Below, piece by piece: positions 11,778 to 37,410 of a stretch of 64,000 nt of DNA (the stretch's first letter is position 1; the number at the start of each line of letters is the position of its first letter). Source of the stretch: Tubiluchus corallicola (Eukaryota > Animalia > Priapulida); assembly GCA_030141605.1 (NCBI GenBank), contig JAQGDQ010000275.1:62001-126000 (forward strand). The letters are read 5' to 3'. The notes beneath the pieces were generated by a model that ran no database searches, was not told where the DNA came from, and worked only from the letters and a program-made list of their open reading frames with translations. Both the position numbers and the translations under genes were made by a program.

Positions 11778-14009
11778 CGTTTGCTGTCCTCGGTTGACAA
11801 AACTCATTTTTATTGTTTATAATGTTATAACAATGGATCAGTATTTTTTGTAAACATCAAAAATTACAAGATTGGAAAATGTAATGTAGTTATGCAAGTA
11901 ATCCAATTTTGCATTTAATAAAGATATTAGAAAGTCTTATTACTGTATTTTTTGAAGAGATACTCTGACTATTTTTTTATAAACAATGTGATTTAAATGG
12001 TGGCCTTATTTTAACAATTGCTCATTAGTTATGTATGCTCAATTATAGGATATTGTATTGTTTAATTATATCATTCATTTTGTAAATAATAGCATCTTCT
12101 GACAGTACGTTATTATTACTAATTTTATGCACACGTTGCAGGTATTGTACGAAAGTGTACATAATTAATATAATTATGGTTATCAATCGCATTGTTCTGC
12201 TAACTTATTTGTAATATAATTTTAATATAGAACCCAACATTTTAACACTGTATATATATATATATTATATAGAATAAAATTTGAAGATCTTAAAATGATC
12301 ATGATGTTGATTATGCATGGAGTTTCTCTTTTTCTTAACCAACAAATTGGACAAGTAGCTGTGAAATAAATGTTTTTGACACATTATGTGTTGTCCATTT
12401 TAAAATTACCTATTTTACTAACCAAAAATTGGAAATTGCCAAAACGCAATTAAAATTTCAATTTTTGGTGTTCATTTTTTAAAATTGTACAAAAACAGAT
12501 GGAAAAACCTTTTGATAATTTGACTTAAAACTTTGCTTAACAGGATGTATGTATACGGGAGTGCCAAGAATTACGACGCCCTAGGCTGATAGTTCAGTCG
12601 GTTATGGATTTTTTTTTGTTGCACCAGGTATTATAATTGAAAACACACACACATCAAACTACACAAGTTAGTCTAAAATAGTTTAACGATTATATATATA
12701 CATTAAATGAGAATATTTAGCTCTAATTATTGATTTATGGTTGATTATATATGATGAGCATTGCAAAATTATTTGTGGTGTATTAGTGGTAGAAATACTT
12801 GAACACACATTGGCATTATTAATTGCAGCGCAGTTTTATATAAGCCCATTACGCAACTGCTTGTGGCGTAGTATCTTTTATGTAATAATTGAATTTGTTT
12901 GCTATGTGAATTATAATACCGGGGTCCTCAAAATTTGGCGTTCTATGCTACAGTCTAGCTAGTTTATTGGCAAATAAGCTCTTGCCTCTTGTTTGGAGTT
13001 CTATCTATCCATTTATTATAAATTTGTGAAGGAACTACATGCGCAAACGTCTGCAAATCAAAAATCCAATTTCACTTTATACAAATTGTGCAGTTTTGAG
13101 TTAGGTTACAGTTTATCCAGTCACTTGAATTCAAAGGCATAAAAATAATCACCGTAAGTGCAAAGATCAGCGATACTCATTAAAAAATCACTGTAAGATT
13201 TTACGACTTGGCTTGTCGAACTAGATTTGCTTAGAAATTCTGTAATTTGTTTTGCACCTGGATTTAAAACAAGTTTTTACTTTACAGTGCATGTTGGTCT
13301 TATACTGTACAATCTGTAGAAATGTAGGTTTAGATATCACTACTTCCTGATAATCCTTGATGTCTCCGTTTTAGCTACAGTTCAGCCACAGTTGTACACA
13401 GAAAGCAAAACTCGTGTCTTTTATCTAGCAGGCTGTAGATAAGTTGGTAGACTTCGCTGTGTCATATTATAACGCATGGCTTTTGATTGAGTAATTATCG
13501 CAGAAAAAAATCTTTGTGGAGTATGAAAGAAGTTGAAATTCATTTAAGTTGAATAGGGATAGAAAAAATCAGTTGCAATTTTGCACAGACGGGTGTAACT
13601 GTGTGCGATAATGTGTATAAGTGTGAAATCAGCATAGATGCTCCGTGTGAAAATGATGTAACTGAAAACGATAAAGGTAAGTAATATTTTGATAGTAACG
13701 TTTTGTTATTTCTTTATCTAGTAATATTAAATTCACTAAATATGATAAGAATCATAGTAAGTTAAAGTACTGGCAAAAACAGGTAATTAAAATGTAATGA
13801 AAACTAAATAGCATAAATTATTCGAGTTTATTTCGATTATGAATGGCTGAAATTAAACAAGAAATAAAATAGATTATTTGGAGAGATGAAAATTAAACCT
13901 TAATGTGTTTCTACCAATAATGTGGCTCAATCCAGCCTATATTATCGTTCTAAGTTTATTTTAATTCAAAATTCTACTGTTTGCTGCGGCTGGAAAGAAA
14001 TGAATCCAA

Positions 14010-14280
14010 GGAAAAACCACGGGTTAAATGTCACAAAAAAGTCACAGGAAAAACTCACAGAAAAAAGTCACAGAAAGTCACGGGAAAAAAATCCTAACCC
14101 TAATCCTAATTATAACCCTAACCCTAACCCTAACCCTAACCCTAACCTTAGTCCTATCCTAACCCTAACCAAATTTGTGACTTTTCGGGCCACCGTAAAT
14201 TAATTGTGACTTTTTTCCTACGACTTTCTTCCTAGCCAAAATTGTGACTTTTTTCTTTGTGACTTTATTACCGGGCACCA
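14010..14280. mobile_element. Foldback/MITE-like element with a central (CCCTAA)n telomere-like tract
   Basis: Several AAAAAGTCAC units on the left, several GTGACTTTT units on the right, and (CCCTAA)n at ~14093-14170. Confidence 0.7.
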
Positions 14281-14357
14281 AATAAACAAACAAATTCGCA
14301 AGGTATTACTTTTCCGTAATTTTCTTCTTTTTTTCTCTGTTATGCAGTGTGGTCATA

Positions 14358-16663
14358 ATGGGAGAGGAAAGTACAAGAGCCTGGAATATCAGCATAGAGG
14401 AAGAGGAGCAGTCGATTGTTGGAGGACTTGCTTCTCCGTTAGGAACCGTTCTTATCGTTTCAGCGTTCGTGGTTCCTGCGATCGCTCTTTTGGTCTGTTT
14501 GCTGATTCATTTAAAGTACGTATGGCAGGTTTTTCTCACCCGGGCTAGTTTATAAAGGGTTTTATTGTAAAACGGTATTGGGGGGAAATAGGAAAAGAAA
14601 CAGCTCGTATGTTAATAACAGTTTTCTTTATATCACCTCAACAAGAAAAAAGAAAGAAGGAAGACAGAGAGAAAAGAAAAGGAAAGAAAGATAGAATGAT
14701 AGAAAAAGGCAGGCGTGCAGGTAAGCAGACAAACAAATAAACAGAAACAAATCAAACACAATTATGTAAATATTTTTAATTTATATAGGTGCAGAACTGG
14801 AAATAAGAACCAGGAAATACAGTCGCTTTTAAAGGACAAATCAACGAAAGTAGATGATGCGGGTGGTGATGCCAAACTAGTAGGGCAAGGCACTATCTCT
14901 GCAAAACAGTCGTCTCGTCCGGATTCTGTAGAAATTTTGTATGACGAAATATCTCCAAAAGCCAAGCACAAAAGCATTGCAGAAAGGTAAACTGTATTAT
15001 TGGAAACTCGTTACGAGTTAGCTTATGAAAGGGACATTCAGAGGGTTATGAAAACTGGTCTGATCTCAGTTTTGTTGGGAACTAGGGCTGACATTTTTCG
15101 ATGTGCTAATGGTAAGCTAATTTTTAGTCCAATCTATATTAAGTTTTTGAGATCCTTTGGCACTCGACTCATCGGTACTGTAAGTAAAACAGTGAAAAAG
15201 TTGTTCTTAGGTCCAAACAGCAGTATTTCCCATCGTTTATAGAAGGAATGAACAAATAGTTTTTATAACTACACTTTACTTTGGCTGGAGCCAGCATATA
15301 AAACTATAGGTCGTTATTACATTTACCCAACTTTAAAACAATTTGTAATTGAATAACAAGAAATAAATCAAATAACTACGTGACGAAATTACTTTATTTC
15401 AACTTGATGAGGTATGTACACTCTTCGAACAGGCGTATACAACACATGGAAATGATGCAAAAACATCACTAAGTTTTATGCACAATTCTGCTGCATGTGT
15501 TGATAAGTGCTTTGCAGCATTTACAATATGTAAAATATTGTTTTGCCGAATAGAAAAGCTTTTGTGTGAGCTGTATAATTATTGTGCTTTTAAACACACC
15601 CGACTGGTGTGCGTGTTTGGCATCATTGAGCTAGATGTTGCGCGGATCTGCCGTCTGGCAGCAAAAATAATACGAAAACAATTACACTGCCTTTAACATG
15701 TTAGTCACACATAGGCCTATTCCACAGATTTTCAGCGCATTCGTCACTAGGCCAAATGAGCCTCAACATTTTGTTCACAAAGCTGATTTACAACACACGC
15801 GCAATCATATGGTCTATGGCATTTTAGTTTTTCAGCCCAGTAGCGTTTCAGCCCCATGAATGCCTTTTAATGGTGCTGGGAGGCATCATTGTTGACATCT
15901 ATGAGAGCTTTGTATACTTGTCCTGACATTACTGTCATTAATGCAGTCTGCTTACAGACCTAACTACTCGAGCTAAGATATTTTATCATTGTAGATTAAC
16001 ATGTAGACCTAGTTTGTTATAGGCAAGTTTGACACATCCTCTCTTGTCGATTTTACACGCAGTTAAATGATGTTTCAAACTGCTTAAACGATCAGACTTA
16101 GCATATGCTATAAACAATTCTATAAATGTAATTATAGAATATAATTTATTGATATAAAAGAAATGCTTTATATTGTCATTTCGTTTTCGTATATATATAT
16201 GGTCACGTGTTTGCATTCTTGTAGGCACAGAAGTGATCGATTTTCAACCATTAGTAGTGCCGGATCAATCTTGGGAGCCATTTTGTCCATCCTAAGATCT
16301 CAATATACAGCTACTCCAAAAGAAACTACATCAGCTCCCAGATCTGTGTCTTTGATCAGTGTAAGTGACAATTCATCAGAACATTCAGAAAAACCCTACG
16401 TAAATGTAGACGTTGACCTCGATGATGGTGAAAAGATACATTCCAATATAGAAGGTGAAGAACCGAACAATGAGACATCTAGCGGCGATAAGAGTAAAAA
16501 TATTGATCCTGACGACACCAGCAAAACAAGCGAAGAAGAATCTGGTGAAGAATTAGAGGTTGCAGTGCCAGAAGTTGATAGAGAAACTGTACGAGTGTCT
16601 AGGATGATATCTGTTGACGAATACAGTAAATTAGCTGACCAACACGACGGCGAGCAAGAATGA
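14358..16663 (+). CDS. Orphan type III single-pass membrane protein (~264 aa) with a tyrosine-motif-bearing acidic cytoplasmic tail (transmembrane adaptor-like)
   Basis: Exons 14358-14515, 14789-14986, 16225-16663 with two phase-2 GT-AG introns. Short ectodomain (NIS sequon), TM segment TVLIVSAFVVPAIALLVCLLIHL, juxtamembrane KCR, tail motifs ILYDEI, PYVNV, EYSKL. A probable 5' UTR exon at 13589-13676 puts an in-frame stop upstream of the ATG. Confidence 0.75.
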
Positions 16664-17334
16664 ATGTTTTTTTTAGGAATTTTAATACAGATTGTAAAAA
16701 TATAAAAGGAAAAATATTATAATTAATTATTCATAGTCATAAGACTTGGTGTTTGATAAACAGTACTTTATACGATATGTAGGTCTATACATCTATATAT
16801 ATTTCATCAAAATTTTTTAATAAATGCTAGCTATGTAACAAAGAAACTGAGCGAATATATACGTAGTATATTTTCAATGTGTATTAAGTTTACATAATGG
16901 GCTAATCAATTTACCTTTACAAGATTTGCCTTAATTGCCTACTGTTCAGTGAATTGAAATTTGCAAATCGCTGCATCCTGACAGACCATGGGTTATTCCG
17001 GCTACTTTGCAGTTGGCAACTTCAGGCCGTATTGGGTATGAGTCAAAATTAGTAATGGTAAAGCAAATTGGTCGTAATTAATAACCAACATGAACTGAGT
17101 ACAACTGGTGTTTTTGAGTGGAAAAAATATTCGAGTACAACAACATTCGTGCGTCTCAATATTTTTACACCTTTTAAAATTCAATATTAGCTTTTTTCAA
17201 CTGAAAATCTCGACTTTTTTGTGACTTGTGAAGATTTATAAATAAGTCCGTGTTTACTAATGAACATCAACGTTTCAACGATTTCGTGCAAGTAATTATT
17301 GGGTGTGAAAATAAATTTGATATCGTTACTATAG

Positions 17335-17379
17335 TATAAACTAGAGTGCAATCAATTACTGATTGCACTCTAGTTTATA
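17335..17379. repeat. Perfect 20-bp inverted repeat with a 5-nt loop
   Basis: TATAAACTAGAGTGCAATCA-ATTAC-TGATTGCACTCTAGTTTATA. Confidence 0.95.
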
Positions 17380-17494
17380 TTACAGTATATCAATTCTATT
17401 ATAGAGATGCAGGACCACTGAACCACAGCGCTGTATGAAGTAATTATTCGAATTGAAGTACATGTAATTGCATGAATCAAGTTATTTTATCATT

Positions 17495-17810
17495 TTTTTA
17501 CCTTGAGACATTGACCTTTGAACTTGAAGAAAATGGTTTCCAGGTTGTCCTAGTGTCAAGTTTGGTGATTAAATCATCGTCTGTTTTGATTTCGATATTT
17601 AAAAAAGCTTATATGATATTTGAGCTCTAAAAAGTAAAAACAATCTGTTTCCAGGTCTTGCCCAAACTTATCAGCCTGCCAAGATCGGTGGTAATAATTA
17701 TGTTGCTGTATTCACTTGATTTTATTATGATCATAATGTGAAGAGATACACACACAGACGCAACTAAATGCCCTATCCTCGCACCGATTACTGTCAGTGT
17801 GATCAATTAT
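17495..17810 (+). mobile_element. Decayed Helentron/DINE-1-like (HINE) non-autonomous element
   Basis: TGACCTTTGAAC motif, GTCAAGTTTGGTGAT, ACACACAGAC tract and an imperfect 3' hairpin before AATTA; pattern recalled from invertebrate HINEs. Confidence 0.45.
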
Positions 17811-18293
17811 AGGTTCGTAGAATAATAGCTACAGGTTAACATAATAATTGATACCAGATAATAAAATCTAATACATTACTCCAAAGTTGTAGCGGACTTC
17901 GGCGGTTACAAAAAGTAGTCCGTAGTGCAATAGTAACTGATGTATTATATGACATCTGAACTGGTGCATATTAAACGCAGATAAGGAATAAAAAAGTACA
18001 TGTAATTTTCTGTTTTAAATTGCACTGATACCTAGCTATTAGAAATTGTTTTCTAATAGGTAATATTATATAATTCCTTTTTGGCTTTAGTTCTTGTTTG
18101 CTAGGAAATATTTTACCGGAGGTAGGCACTATAAATCCAGGAAGTGTTCTTAGGCCTCTGCGTGGCGTTATCTTTTTCATATTGTTTTCGTATTTACTTA
18201 TTTAAAAAAATGATATAGAACTGTAGAAGAAACGCATTATTTTAGACAACTCATTTAAAAATTGTCTTGAAGTTACTTTGGGTTTAATATAAA

Positions 18294-31254
<12,961 letters not shown>

Positions 31255-32197
31255 AGATATATGTTTGAGGGAAGAACGATGCTGAAGATCATAGTAACGC
31301 ACGCTTTTGGTTTGATTTGCATGAAATTGTCACTTATTAACTGCTGAAGTGCCTTATGTGGGGTAGGATCATAAATGTAAACACATTATAGCAAAGTATG
31401 ATGTTCCTCTATAGGTAATGGTTTCGTGCATAGGAAATACCAGTGTGCATATTAAATTATGTATATATTTTGTAAATTAAAATAAAACTGCGTGTGTGCT
31501 TTTTATAACATCCATGCACAAAAAAGGTTTCTCATCTTGAATAAGAGGAATATGGTGTGCAGTATGTAGGCTTAAAGTGTCGCAGAAAATTTTGTAGGTT
31601 GTCAAAACGTTTGCTCAGATAATCGTTCAGAGAAGTTTCACTCAGAGAAGTGAAAAATGTTGTTGGTTGCTTAACTTGCACATTTTGAGGAAAAACAAAA
31701 CTCATAATCCACAATTAATATTTCTGTAACAAAAAGGTTATAGAGTTAAAATGGATGGTCCTTAATATGATTGCATAGATTAATTTTAAACTGCATGCTA
31801 GCGCTAAACGTGTATATTAATCAAGGTATTTATAAATGATCCACAATTGTTATTTAGCATGAGTTTATTTTATTATAAAGAAAGTTATACAATATGTAAT
31901 TTTTTGTCTGACCATTTAACAGTCAAATTTTTTATTGTTAAACACACTTTGTCTTTAATTGTTTTTCGTTTTTCTTTGAATCAGGTATGTGTTGTCAGTA
32001 TGCTGCCATATCTTGCATCTACAGAGTTAAAATCTCAAGTTAGTTATTATATTTGAGCCTAAGATCTGAATTATTTATACCTTTTTTGTTTTTTTGTACA
32101 TATTTATACTATGTGTACTTTTAAGTTTGTTTATATGCGTATTGCTTAATTAATATTTTTTGGCTTTCCTACAAATTAAGGTGATACTACTTGTTAA

Positions 32198-32738
32198 AGG
32201 AAAGTCCAAGTCTTCTGGGAATTTGCGTTTATTTCAATATTTGGGAAAAATTTAGAAAAATTTAGTAGTAAAAGTGTGATAAGCACATTGTGTAATTAGT
32301 GAAAGCTAAAGTTGTGATGATTTCATGCTTGCTCACTTCCATTTTGAACACGCATTCTTCCAGTAATGAACGTTTATGTTCACTGAAGAAGCAGCACTTT
32401 CTTTCTAAGGTATAATGAGTTTATACAACAAATTAGATAACTAGTTTTGTGAGATTTTTGAATAAACATTTGGTAAGCTGTCGAAATTTGAATTAGTATA
32501 AGCAACGAGCACTTACAGAAACCACGATGTGCTTACAAAGAGTCATACGAAGTCTACTAGTTACGTCATAATTTTCGAGTGAATGGCAGCTACCACCGCA
32601 CCTGGAAATATCTGTACAACGATAGTATAAATTAAGTTTATGCTTTATAGACAATTGTTTTTGCAAATTTCTTTGTTATGCTTTTCCAAGTTTCTATGTA
32701 AAATGAACCCAACATACCAAAGTGACTTGTCCTTTCCT
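32198..32738. mobile_element. Kolobok-like non-autonomous element family B, copy 2
   Basis: TTAA|AGGAAAGTCCAAGTC ... GACTTGTCCTTTCCT|TTAA. Confidence 0.8.
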
Positions 32739-34859
32739 TTAAACTAGTTTAAACTTATTATGAAGAATTAGATAGATATCAGTGTGGTACGCATTTACAA
32801 GTGCATTTCATTTGGCAGAAAATGTAGAACAACAACTGCTGTAAAAAATTTAAAATTGGCATTGGTTAAGAGCCTGTTTTCTGTTTTATGTTTCATGTCG
32901 GATGTAATGCCTAAAATGTCTTAACAGTATTTGGTAAAAGCGAGATATTCATTTGCTCAAAGTCAAGTATTTGTTCATTTACTACAGTTTTGAGATCTGT
33001 GTAGGGCAATTTTTTGCTTGTTAACTTTATCTAGATTTTTAACATGTTTCGTTGGCGGAGAATAAAGATCAGGAACTGGTTATTTTACATTGACTGAGAT
33101 GGTTCAACCATGTGCAATTCTACTTCTGTTTGTAAATTGTGTTTTTTGAGATGTTTCTTAAAATATGAATCATGATTATTTTTGCATTTAGGATGATATC
33201 TCTTATTATTATGTCAAATTAAATCTCGCTACTGTTTCTTTTAATTGTAGCTAGACTTAATCTATTACTGTTTTTGTGGATTTAGTAACACCAGTCATTG
33301 CTGTCATATAATTGTATTGCATTACATATTTAATGCAGTGATTAATACTTGACTTATTTGACAAGAAATCTATCAATTACTACTCTTGTTGAATGAGTGT
33401 GAGAGTATGTGAGAGAATCGATACAGGAAACTTCTTAAATTGTACTCATAAACCAATTTTCATGCGTTCTTCTACAAATTATCCTAGATAAAGGCTGATG
33501 TTACATATCTTAAAGCCTGTAATGTTATCGATAATAATAACGTCGTAGCGCCATCTGTTAACAGGGAACCAATAAAACAGTCCATGGAGTCAACAGTACA
33601 CGTGTATATTGTAGTAGGCACTTTCACTAAGTGAATCATTCTCGTTCTTATTATAATAATGCACGATAACGTTGTTTCATTCATTTAGTGTGCTTGTTTC
33701 TTCTTTGTTACACGAGAAAAAAATGAGATACGAATTTAAATCTTTGTTACGAAATTAATTAAATTGCGATTATTAAACAGAACAGTTTTGGAATCTTAGT
33801 TTGTATTTTTGATCGTCTTTTGCGTTGTGCTTGATACTTGATGGTGTTTCTGGTCTTCCTTGTTGCCTTAGCTTTAAAACGTTTTTTTTAAATTAACGTT
33901 GTCATGCAGCCGTTTCGATCAAAAGTTGGTGGCAGCGGCAGTAGTCACGGAAACAGTTAGGAAGACGAAAACAGTTACTGGTCATCTCTACATTTGTTTC
34001 ACTACCGTGATGCAGGGAAAAAGTAGAAGAGGGTTTTTTTAGAAATAGAGGCGTGTTGAGGTAGTGGGTGAGGAATTTTTTGTTATAAGTTACCGTATGG
34101 TAACACTACGAAATCCCTCTAATAGGAATGCTCTATTCAGCGGTTGCCTGGAGCCCGGGAAAAGTTTAGCAAAGAGGGTGATCATTAAGTCGTGTGCCAG
34201 AGATGCAAACAGCAGCTGTGGCAAAATTAATTGCGCTACCTAGATTTCTAAAGTGATTTTTTAAAACAGCCTAGTTTCCGATTAAATTCGAAGGCAAGCG
34301 AAATAAAATCATATGAAAACTATATAATACGATTTTAGAATGGTGGAGTGATTAAAGATGGATGCGAACTGACTGAATAATCGAACAGTCGGATAAACAA
34401 ACAAACAAGTAACCAATCGTGTAATCGAGCAAACAAACAAGCATGAGTAGTCAGGCAGAAAGACAGAAATGGAGACTATCTGACTATCTGACAAATTTAC
34501 CAAGCGATTGACATCAGTCAGCCATTATGTATCTATCAAAATCCATGAAAATAAAAAAAGAATCGCCACTAAGTGAAAAGACAAATGCATAATTATGATC
34601 AAAATTATCACTTATTTATAGTAAACATAAAATAAAACATCTGTAGTGCAGACTTTTTAAAGAATAAAAGAATTTTGGAAATCTTTGTCAACTAAATTTA
34701 TATTTGTTTCGAATTTTCAATTTTGTTGTGTTTTTGCTGAACAAAGTTTCCCATATTATAAGATCTAGGCTGCTCACATTAACATGACAGTATTAGATCT
34801 AATATTTAATACGTGGCTACTCATCATTCATTGGTCAGTTTCTATGAAGCTAGGTAACT

Positions 34860-34930
34860 AACTGCGTAATGACGCAGAAGCGGATGCTGTTGCTGTGATC
34901 ATAAGTGATGACGATCACCATGGCAACGAT
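34860..34930 (+). promoter_or_regulatory. Candidate spermatid-type promoter: RFX X-box-like site plus CRE half-sites
   Basis: ATCACCATGGCAAC (34914-34927); TGACG at 34870 and 34909; inverted pair CTGCGT-N4-ACGCAG; 110-175 bp upstream of the ATG. Confidence 0.5.
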
Positions 34931-35036
34931 TGTGTTTCATCTATTGTTATTCTTGGAGAAGACGTTACTGGTCTGAATTTCCCTAAACGACAACATCGTG
35001 TTCGCTAAGTACTCCTGTCTTTTTCCTAAGCGCAAA

Positions 35037-36370
35037 ATGTGGTGTAAGTATTGCTTTTTAATTTTCTTTTTACTTTGTAAATAAGTTACCATTGAGTGTA
35101 CGTGTAGAATAATTCATTTTATTAATTTTTGTTAGACTCCTCCGCCTGCAGCAAGTCTCGCGGACGTAGTCGAAGTGACCTTAGGCCCCGTTCAGAACGT
35201 AGCCGCGGTAAGGCGAAGAGATTGATGTCTAGAAACAGGTTCAAGCAAAGAAGATTCGGAACACTCAGGCGTACAACGATGGTCAAAAGAATGAAAACTA
35301 AATCAAGAAGTAGATCGGTACTAAAGAAGGGAGGATCTTTGTTGAGAAAGAGGGCTACATCCAGGTCAGTTTTGAAACGCAGACCTGTGTCCAAAAAAGG
35401 AAGATCCAGGTCAGTTTTGAGACGCAGAGCTGTGTCCAAAAAAAGAAGATCCATGTCAAGAGCAATGTTGGCTAAACGAAATTTTATGTCCAAACGGAGG
35501 GCCAGTTCTCAGATGGGAAGAGCCAGAAATTCCAAGATGAGAACCAGAAGTATGAGAAGAAGTCTTTCTAAGAGCCCAAGTAGGAGACCAGTGTCCTCAA
35601 AGAAAAGATCACTGTCTAGGGGAAGAGCTACGTCTAAAAAACTGAGATCCGCGTCCCGATCCAGAGTGGTCTCCAAAAGCGGCAAATCAAAGACCAGAGG
35701 CAGAGCGGCGTCTAAGAGATCGATATCTAAAAGTCGTACCGTGGTCAAAAGCAGAACAAGATCAAAGTCACGTGGTAGAACCGTGTCCAAAACCAGACAA
35801 TCAAAGCCCAAAGGCAGATCGATGTCTAAGAAAGGAAAGTCAATGTCCAAAGGCAGATCGATGTCTAAGAAAGGAAAGCCAAAGTCCGAAGGCAGAAGCT
35901 TGTCCAGCAAGCAAAGAGCCAAGTCAAGAGATAAAGTTAAAGCTACGTCGACAACAAGGAAATCCAGGTCCAAAATTAGAGATGTGTCCAAGGCAAAAGT
36001 GAAGAAGTCTGGCGACGCAAGTGTAACAACAAAAGCTAAGTCTAAGAGCCCAAGTCCAAAGCCTAAATCACCCGTAAAGAAAAAGCCAGGCAAGAAAGGA
36101 AGTGAAAAGAAAATTGCAGAGGATGCTGGTTCAAGCAACTCTTTACTCGGGAAATTGTTTTCTAGGTAAAAAAATGATAGAAATTTAGAAATAAAATAAG
36201 GATTTGTTAACTTTCACGAATTCATTGGCACTTATTGCTAAAACTTTTTTATTTTCAGTTCAACTGGTGGTGAAGTCCAGGGAAACAGTCCCAAGGCTGC
36301 GAAGGCGAAGGTTGTGAAGAAGGTTCATCCCAAGAAGGAACCTCACAGAGCCAAAGCTATAAAAGCTTGA
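35037..36370 (+). CDS. Protamine-like sperm nuclear basic protein (R/K/S-rich, ~382 aa)
   Basis: Exons 35037-35043 (ATGTGGT|gtaagt), 35136-36165, 36259-36370, phase-consistent. RSRS, SRSVLxRR and KGRSMSKKGK repeats, SP motifs; AATAAA at 36468. Confidence 0.8.
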
Positions 36371-36989
36371 GAAATTTTTATTCAAACTTAATCACAGCTG
36401 CTGAAAATATAATTATATTACATGTGTACTCGACCATTGCAATATTTAACAGCATGTTATTTTTCCAAATAAAATTCTATTCTTTTTGTTGAAAATGAAC
36501 TTTTGGTGACTGTATAACTTTGTGTAACCAAAACAGTAACTGATGATGTGTTATTTAATAATAACATTCGTGAATATAAATGGCGTGAAATTTGAACTGA
36601 GGGAAATGAAATCGGTTTTAAAATTTTTAAATACTTAAGTGTGATAAACAAGAATTAATAAACTAACGGTTTATCAATAATTAGAAATTAACATTACAAC
36701 TAATTAATTGAAGAAGGACGGCTCTGAATAACTAATTTAGCTAGGAATCGAACCCAGAACTTCGGGGTATCAGGCGCTTTAAATTTATATTGATAAGTAG
36801 ATTGACAGATAAACAAACAGACACAGCAAAAAATGTTAGAAAGACACAGTCAATTAAGCAAGTAAATAAACAAAAACTGAATTAAATAAATAAATAAATA
36901 ATTAAATAAACAAATGAAATTAGTGAAGCCGTGTAATTAATTTCGTGATTATAATTTATCACGATTGTGCGTATAAACCTACAATAACA

Positions 36990-37105
36990 ACCCACCACAT
37001 CACACCCACTACACCACATCACCCACACCGCCCTATTTACACCATTCCGTACCAGACCACACTTGTCACACCACCCATCCCACACCACTCACACCCACTG
37101 TTACC
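36990..37105. repeat. Degenerate (CACCA)n pentamer repeat
   Basis: Direct reading. Confidence 0.75.
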
Positions 37106-37184
37106 ACGACAACCTCTTCTGCAACAACTAGTGCGATATCCTGGTAGCAGTGTCCCCTTTTTAAAGGCCAACATTGCTGACATC

Positions 37185-37410
37185 CTTATGATGTCACACA
37201 AGCTAAGATGTTGAAAAGACTAAAATATCTCGATGGCAGAGCCTCATTTTTAGTGGTAATGTTATTGATGTCCTCACTTGTGTCTCAATTTGACACAAGC
37301 TAAATCATTTAAGAGACAAAAATATCCTGGGCCGGAGCCTCATTTGTTATTAGCGGTATTGTTATTAAAACACAAAATGTGTCCTAGTTTGACACAAGTT
37401 GAGATGATGA
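37185..37410 (+). repeat. Degenerate ~95-100 bp repeat (ACACAAGCTAA...AAATATCCTG...GAGCCTC), with further copies at ~38840 and ~39435
   Basis: The motif recurs at about 37195, 37292, 37392, 38842 and 39435. Confidence 0.7.

Noticed and set aside
13589-13676. Cys-containing open exon (TGVTVCDNVYKCEIS...) as an ectodomain of the adaptor
   Set aside because: Its phase leads to a stop after the 14347 acceptor; treated as 5' UTR unless an unseen exon restores the frame.
35122-36138. Antisense Leu/Asp-rich ORFs
   Set aside because: Shadows of the R/K/S codon bias of the protamine-like gene.
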